Below are positions 61,152 through 64,000 of a stretch of 64,000 nucleotides of DNA, piece by piece. The notes beneath the pieces are model-generated. The model had not been told where the DNA came from and made no database searches. It saw only the letters and a list, made by a program, of their open reading frames with translations. The position numbers and the translations under genes are program-made. Source of the DNA: Alphaproteobacteria bacterium (GTDB lineage Bacteria; Pseudomonadota; Alphaproteobacteria; UBA828); the NCBI GenBank assembly GCA_963667785.2, contig CAXXMU010000001.1, positions 672,001 to 736,000 on the forward strand, in the 5' to 3' direction. Within the stretch, counting starts at the first letter, position 1. Every line of letters starts with the position of its first letter.

Positions 61152-62231
61152 ATGGCCCGGCTCGAACTCAGGAACGCGAGCAAGTACTACGGCAAGACCG
61201 TCGCGGTGAGGAACATCGACCTCGTCGTCGAGGACAACGAGTTCTTCTGCATCTTCGGCCCGCCCAGCTCGGGCAAGACGACGATCCTGCGCCTCCTCCT
61301 CGGGCTGGTGGCGCCGGACGAGGGCGCGATCAGCATCGGCGGCGAGGCCGTCGGCGAGCAGGGGCCGAAGGAGCGCAACCTCGCTATGGTGTTCCAGAAC
61401 CTCGCGCTCTTTCCGCACATGACCGCAGGCCAGAACCTCGCCTTCCCCCTGGTCGAGCGCAAGCTGGAGAAGGCCGCGATCACCGCGCGGGTCGCCGAGG
61501 TGGCGGAGACGCTGCACATCACGCCGCTGCTCGACAAGATGCCGGCACACCTGAGCGGGGGCGAGCGCCAGCGCGTCGCCATCGGTCGGGCGCTGGTGCG
61601 GGACCCTGCGGCCTTCCTCATGGACGAGCCGATCGCCGCCCTCGACGCCAGGCTGCGCGAGGAGATGCGGGTCGAGCTCAAGCGGCTCCAGCGCGAGTTG
61701 CACCACACCATCGTCTACGTCACCCACGACCAGGAAGAGGCGATGTCGATCGCCGACCGCATCGCCGTGATGGAGGCCGGCGAGATCCGCCAGATCGGCA
61801 CGCCGGCCGAAATCTACAACCTGCCCAACAGCCGCTACGTCGCCGAGCTGATCGGCGCCCCGCCCATGAACTTCGTCGACGGCACGCTGGCCGACGGCGG
61901 CCGCTTCGAAGGGCGCGACGTGCCGCTCTCGGTCGCGCTGGAAGGCGCGGACGGGGCCGGGCCGGCGGCGCTCGCGGTGCGGCCCGAGGATATCGGCATC
62001 GACTCCGCCGGGTCCGGCAACGGCGCTGGCGTCGATGCGGAGATCTTCGAGGTCGAGCCGCTCGGCGCATTCACCATCGTCGACGTCAGCGTAGGCGAGC
62101 GAATCCTCAAGGTGCAGGCGCCGGGGCAGCCGCGGTTCACCCTCGGTGAGCAGGTGCGGCTCGCGCTCGATCCCGATCGCTGCCACCTGTTCCACGGCGA
62201 GACCGGCGATCTGATCCGCTCCGCCCGCTGA
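61152..62231 (+). CDS. MalK-like ABC ATPase
   Basis: GPPSSGKT, LSGGERQ, MDEPIAALD, YVTHDQ. Confidence 0.92.
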   Translation: MARLELRNASKYYGKTVAVRNIDLVVEDNEFFCIFGPPSSGKTTILRLLLGLVAPDEGAISIGGEAVGEQGPKERNLAMVFQNLALFPHMTAGQNLAFPLVERKLEKAAITARVAEVAETLHITPLLDKMPAHLSGGERQRVAIGRALVRDPAAFLMDEPIAALDARLREEMRVELKRLQRELHHTIVYVTHDQEEAMSIADRIAVMEAGEIRQIGTPAEIYNLPNSRYVAELIGAPPMNFVDGTLADGGRFEGRDVPLSVALEGADGAGPAALAVRPEDIGIDSAGSGNGAGVDAEIFEVEPLGAFTIVDVSVGERILKVQAPGQPRFTLGEQVRLALDPDRCHLFHGETGDLIRSAR

Positions 62232-62264
62232 GGCGAGCGTTGCCGTCGCAGAGCCTTTCGCGCT

Positions 62265-62295
62265 AGGGTAGAAGACCACAGTGAACTTCTACCCT
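62265..62295. promoter_or_regulatory. Inverted repeat, likely vapBC operator
   Basis: agggtagaag-N11-cttctaccct just upstream of vapB. Confidence 0.6.
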
Positions 62296-62307
62296 TGGGG
62301 GGCGGCG

Positions 62308-62565
62308 ATGGGCCTCAACATCAAGAACGACGAGACCTGCCGGCTCGCCCGTGAACTTGCGCAGCTCACCGGCGAGAGCATGACCGGCGCGATCACGGTC
62401 GCGCTCCGAGAGCGGCTGGAGCGCGAGCAGAAGCGACGCGACGCTGCTGCCTTGCTACGAGACATGCGCGCCATTTCGAAGCGCTGCGCGGCACGGCTGG
62501 GTCCGGGGCCCTCGGCGGTGGAGCACGGCGACTTTCTCTACGACGAGCGGGGCCTGCCCAAGTGA
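62308..62565 (+). CDS. vapB: VapB antitoxin (Rv0623-like)
   Basis: LNIKN..LARELA..TGES.T.AI..AL, LYDERGLP. Confidence 0.88.
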   Translation: MGLNIKNDETCRLARELAQLTGESMTGAITVALRERLEREQKRRDAAALLRDMRAISKRCAARLGPGPSAVEHGDFLYDERGLPK

Positions 62566-62948
62566 TCGTCGACAGCTCGGCTATTCTCGCCATCTTGCTC
62601 CGAGAATCGGATGCCCGACGCTTTGAGGATGCGATCGCCGACGCGTGGCCCCGCCGCATGTCGACGGCCGGGTTGCTCGAGGCGGCGATGGTTGTGGAGG
62701 GTCGAGGCGGAGCTGGGGCAGGAGACGATCTGGATGCCCTGCTGAGGAGAGCCCAGGTCCAACTGGTGTCCGTCACGCCGGAACAGGCGTACGCCGCCCG
62801 CCAGGCTTGGCGGCGCTTCGGCAAGGGCAACCATCCGGCGGCGCTGAACTTCGGCGACTGCTTCGCCTACGCGCTTGCCGCCACGACTGGCGAGCCGCTG
62901 CTCTTCAAGGGCGAGGACTTCGCGCTGGCCGACATCGAGGCGGCATAG
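62562..62948 (+). CDS. vapC: VapC PIN-domain toxin
   Basis: IVDSSAILAI, FGKGNHPAALNFGDCFAYA, LLFKGEDF. Confidence 0.93.
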   Translation: MIVDSSAILAILLRESDARRFEDAIADAWPRRMSTAGLLEAAMVVEGRGGAGAGDDLDALLRRAQVQLVSVTPEQAYAARQAWRRFGKGNHPAALNFGDCFAYALAATTGEPLLFKGEDFALADIEAA

Positions 62949-63026
62949 GCGATACGCCGCACTGCACGTAGCCGCCCCGTTCCATCGCCTCGCGCGGTTG
63001 CTCGACCAACTTCTTGATCCGTTGTC

Positions 63027-63041
63027 TATACAAATGGTATA
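63027..63041. promoter_or_regulatory. Palindrome, likely operator of the DUF1778-GNAT pair
   Basis: tatac-aaatg-gtata AT-rich inverted repeat upstream of the antitoxin. Confidence 0.45.
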
Positions 63042-63089
63042 CAGTCGACCGCGCAGTGGGCGCCGGCCGTCTGTTTGCAGGAGTGTGGC

Positions 63090-63347
63090 ATGTCGCAGGT
63101 TAACTTTCGTCTGTCGGAGGAGCGTCTGGCGCTGATCGACCGGGCGGCGGCGAGCCGCGGGGTGACCCGTACGGAGTTCGTGCTCCGCTCGAGCGAGGCC
63201 GCGGCCATCGAGGCACTGAGCGAGTGGCCCGTCGTCGCGCTCGACGACGAGGCGTATGACGCCTTCGTCGCCGCGCTCGACGCGGCGGTGACACCCGATG
63301 CGGGCACGAAGGAGCGTTTCGCGCGCCGTCCGTTGTGGGATCGGTAA
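63090..63347 (+). CDS. DUF1778 (TacA-like) antitoxin
   Basis: VNFRLS...LIDRAA..G.TRTEFVL, LDDEAYDAFVAALD. Confidence 0.88.
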   Translation: MSQVNFRLSEERLALIDRAAASRGVTRTEFVLRSSEAAAIEALSEWPVVALDDEAYDAFVAALDAAVTPDAGTKERFARRPLWDR

Positions 63348-63838
63348 CGCCGCCCGAGCCGCTCGGCGAACAGCACGACACCTCGCAATTCGATTCTGGC
63401 GTTTCCGGCCTCGACGCGTGGTTGCGGAACAAGGCCCGGTTGAACGAGGCCAGGGGAGGCGCGCGGACCTACGTGGTCTGCGATGGCGATCAGGTGATCG
63501 GGTTCTACAGCCTCGCCGCAAGCGCGGTGGAGAGGCGGCGACTCTCGTCGCGCGTGGGCAGGAACATGCCGGAGCCGGTCCCGGTCATCCTGCTGGGGCA
63601 GCTCGCGGTGGATTCACGCCACCGGGGCCGGGGCCTGGGATCGGACCTGCTGGTCGACGCGGCTCGACGCTCGCTGGCGGCGGCCGACGTGATCGGCGCG
63701 CGGGCGATCATCGTGCATGCGCTCGACGAGCGCGCCAAGGCATTCTACGGGCGGTTCGGGTTCCGTCCGTTCTCGGATCGCGAACCGCTCATGCTGATCC
63801 TGCGAATATCGGAGCTCAAGGCGCTGCTTCAGCCCTGA
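63335..63838 (+). CDS. GNAT acetyltransferase toxin (TacT/AtaT-like)
   Basis: FDSG...LD.WL, PVPVILLGQLAVD..RGRGLG, VHALDE.A..FY..FGF. Confidence 0.9.
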   Translation: MGSVTPPEPLGEQHDTSQFDSGVSGLDAWLRNKARLNEARGGARTYVVCDGDQVIGFYSLAASAVERRRLSSRVGRNMPEPVPVILLGQLAVDSRHRGRGLGSDLLVDAARRSLAAADVIGARAIIVHALDERAKAFYGRFGFRPFSDREPLMLILRISELKALLQP

Positions 63839-63868
63839 CGTAACGGCCCGAACAGGGGCCGCACGCAC

Positions 63869-64000
63869 CTACATCTTCTGCAGCAGGTGGATCAGGCTGG
63901 AGGTATCCCAGCGGTTGCCGCCGCGCTGCTGGACGTGGGCGTAGAACTGGTCGACCAGCATCGACATCGGCAGGAGCGCGCCGTTCTTCTTGCCTTCCTC
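63869..64000 (-). CDS. Beta-hydroxyacid dehydrogenase family protein, C-terminus (5' truncated by window)
   Basis: LVDQFYAHVQQRGGNRWDTSSLI. Confidence 0.8.
   Translation of the reverse strand, partial: EEGKKNGALLPMSMLVDQFYAHVQQRGGNRWDTSSLIHLLQKM

Overview
Chromosomal window from a very GC-rich alphaproteobacterium (Rhodospirillales-like gene content and order). The core runs lptF-lptG-lptD-surA-rsmA, gmk-yicC-mltG-fabF-acpP-fabG-fabD, rpsF-rpsR-rplI-cfa-dnaB, a radical SAM-rnhB-L,D-transpeptidase cluster behind a LexA-type box, yggS/thiE-like, trpD-trpC-moaC-moeA-sulfotransferase plus an unusual CysD/CysN/CysC fusion, ppiD, tpiA-secG-pyrG-kdsA, PLP/sugar-acid enzymes, two orphan ABC ATPases and two toxin-antitoxin pairs. 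A ~19.6 kb, partly lower-GC defence island (about 29842-49423) sits inside a perfect 19-bp inverted repeat pair. It carries a tyrosine integrase, a decayed tRNA-Met, an IS1111-type IS110 element, a GmrSD-Schlafen(AlbA_2) fusion, an IS1634, a restriction-modification locus with a frameshifted S subunit, RecQ-PRTase/DprA (PsyrTA/RqlHI-like), a GIY-YIG nuclease and a putative HNH protein. Highlights: (1) the IS110 downstream non-coding region contains short matches to both strands of its own target and of its own circle junction, i.e. a readable bridge/seek RNA; (2) a 191-bp direct repeat brackets the defence cassette and encodes a constant/variable 43-44 aa micro-protein with only synonymous differences in the shared part; (3) the island appears to interrupt a MITE terminus. 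All calls come from motif recognition by eye; no database searches were run.
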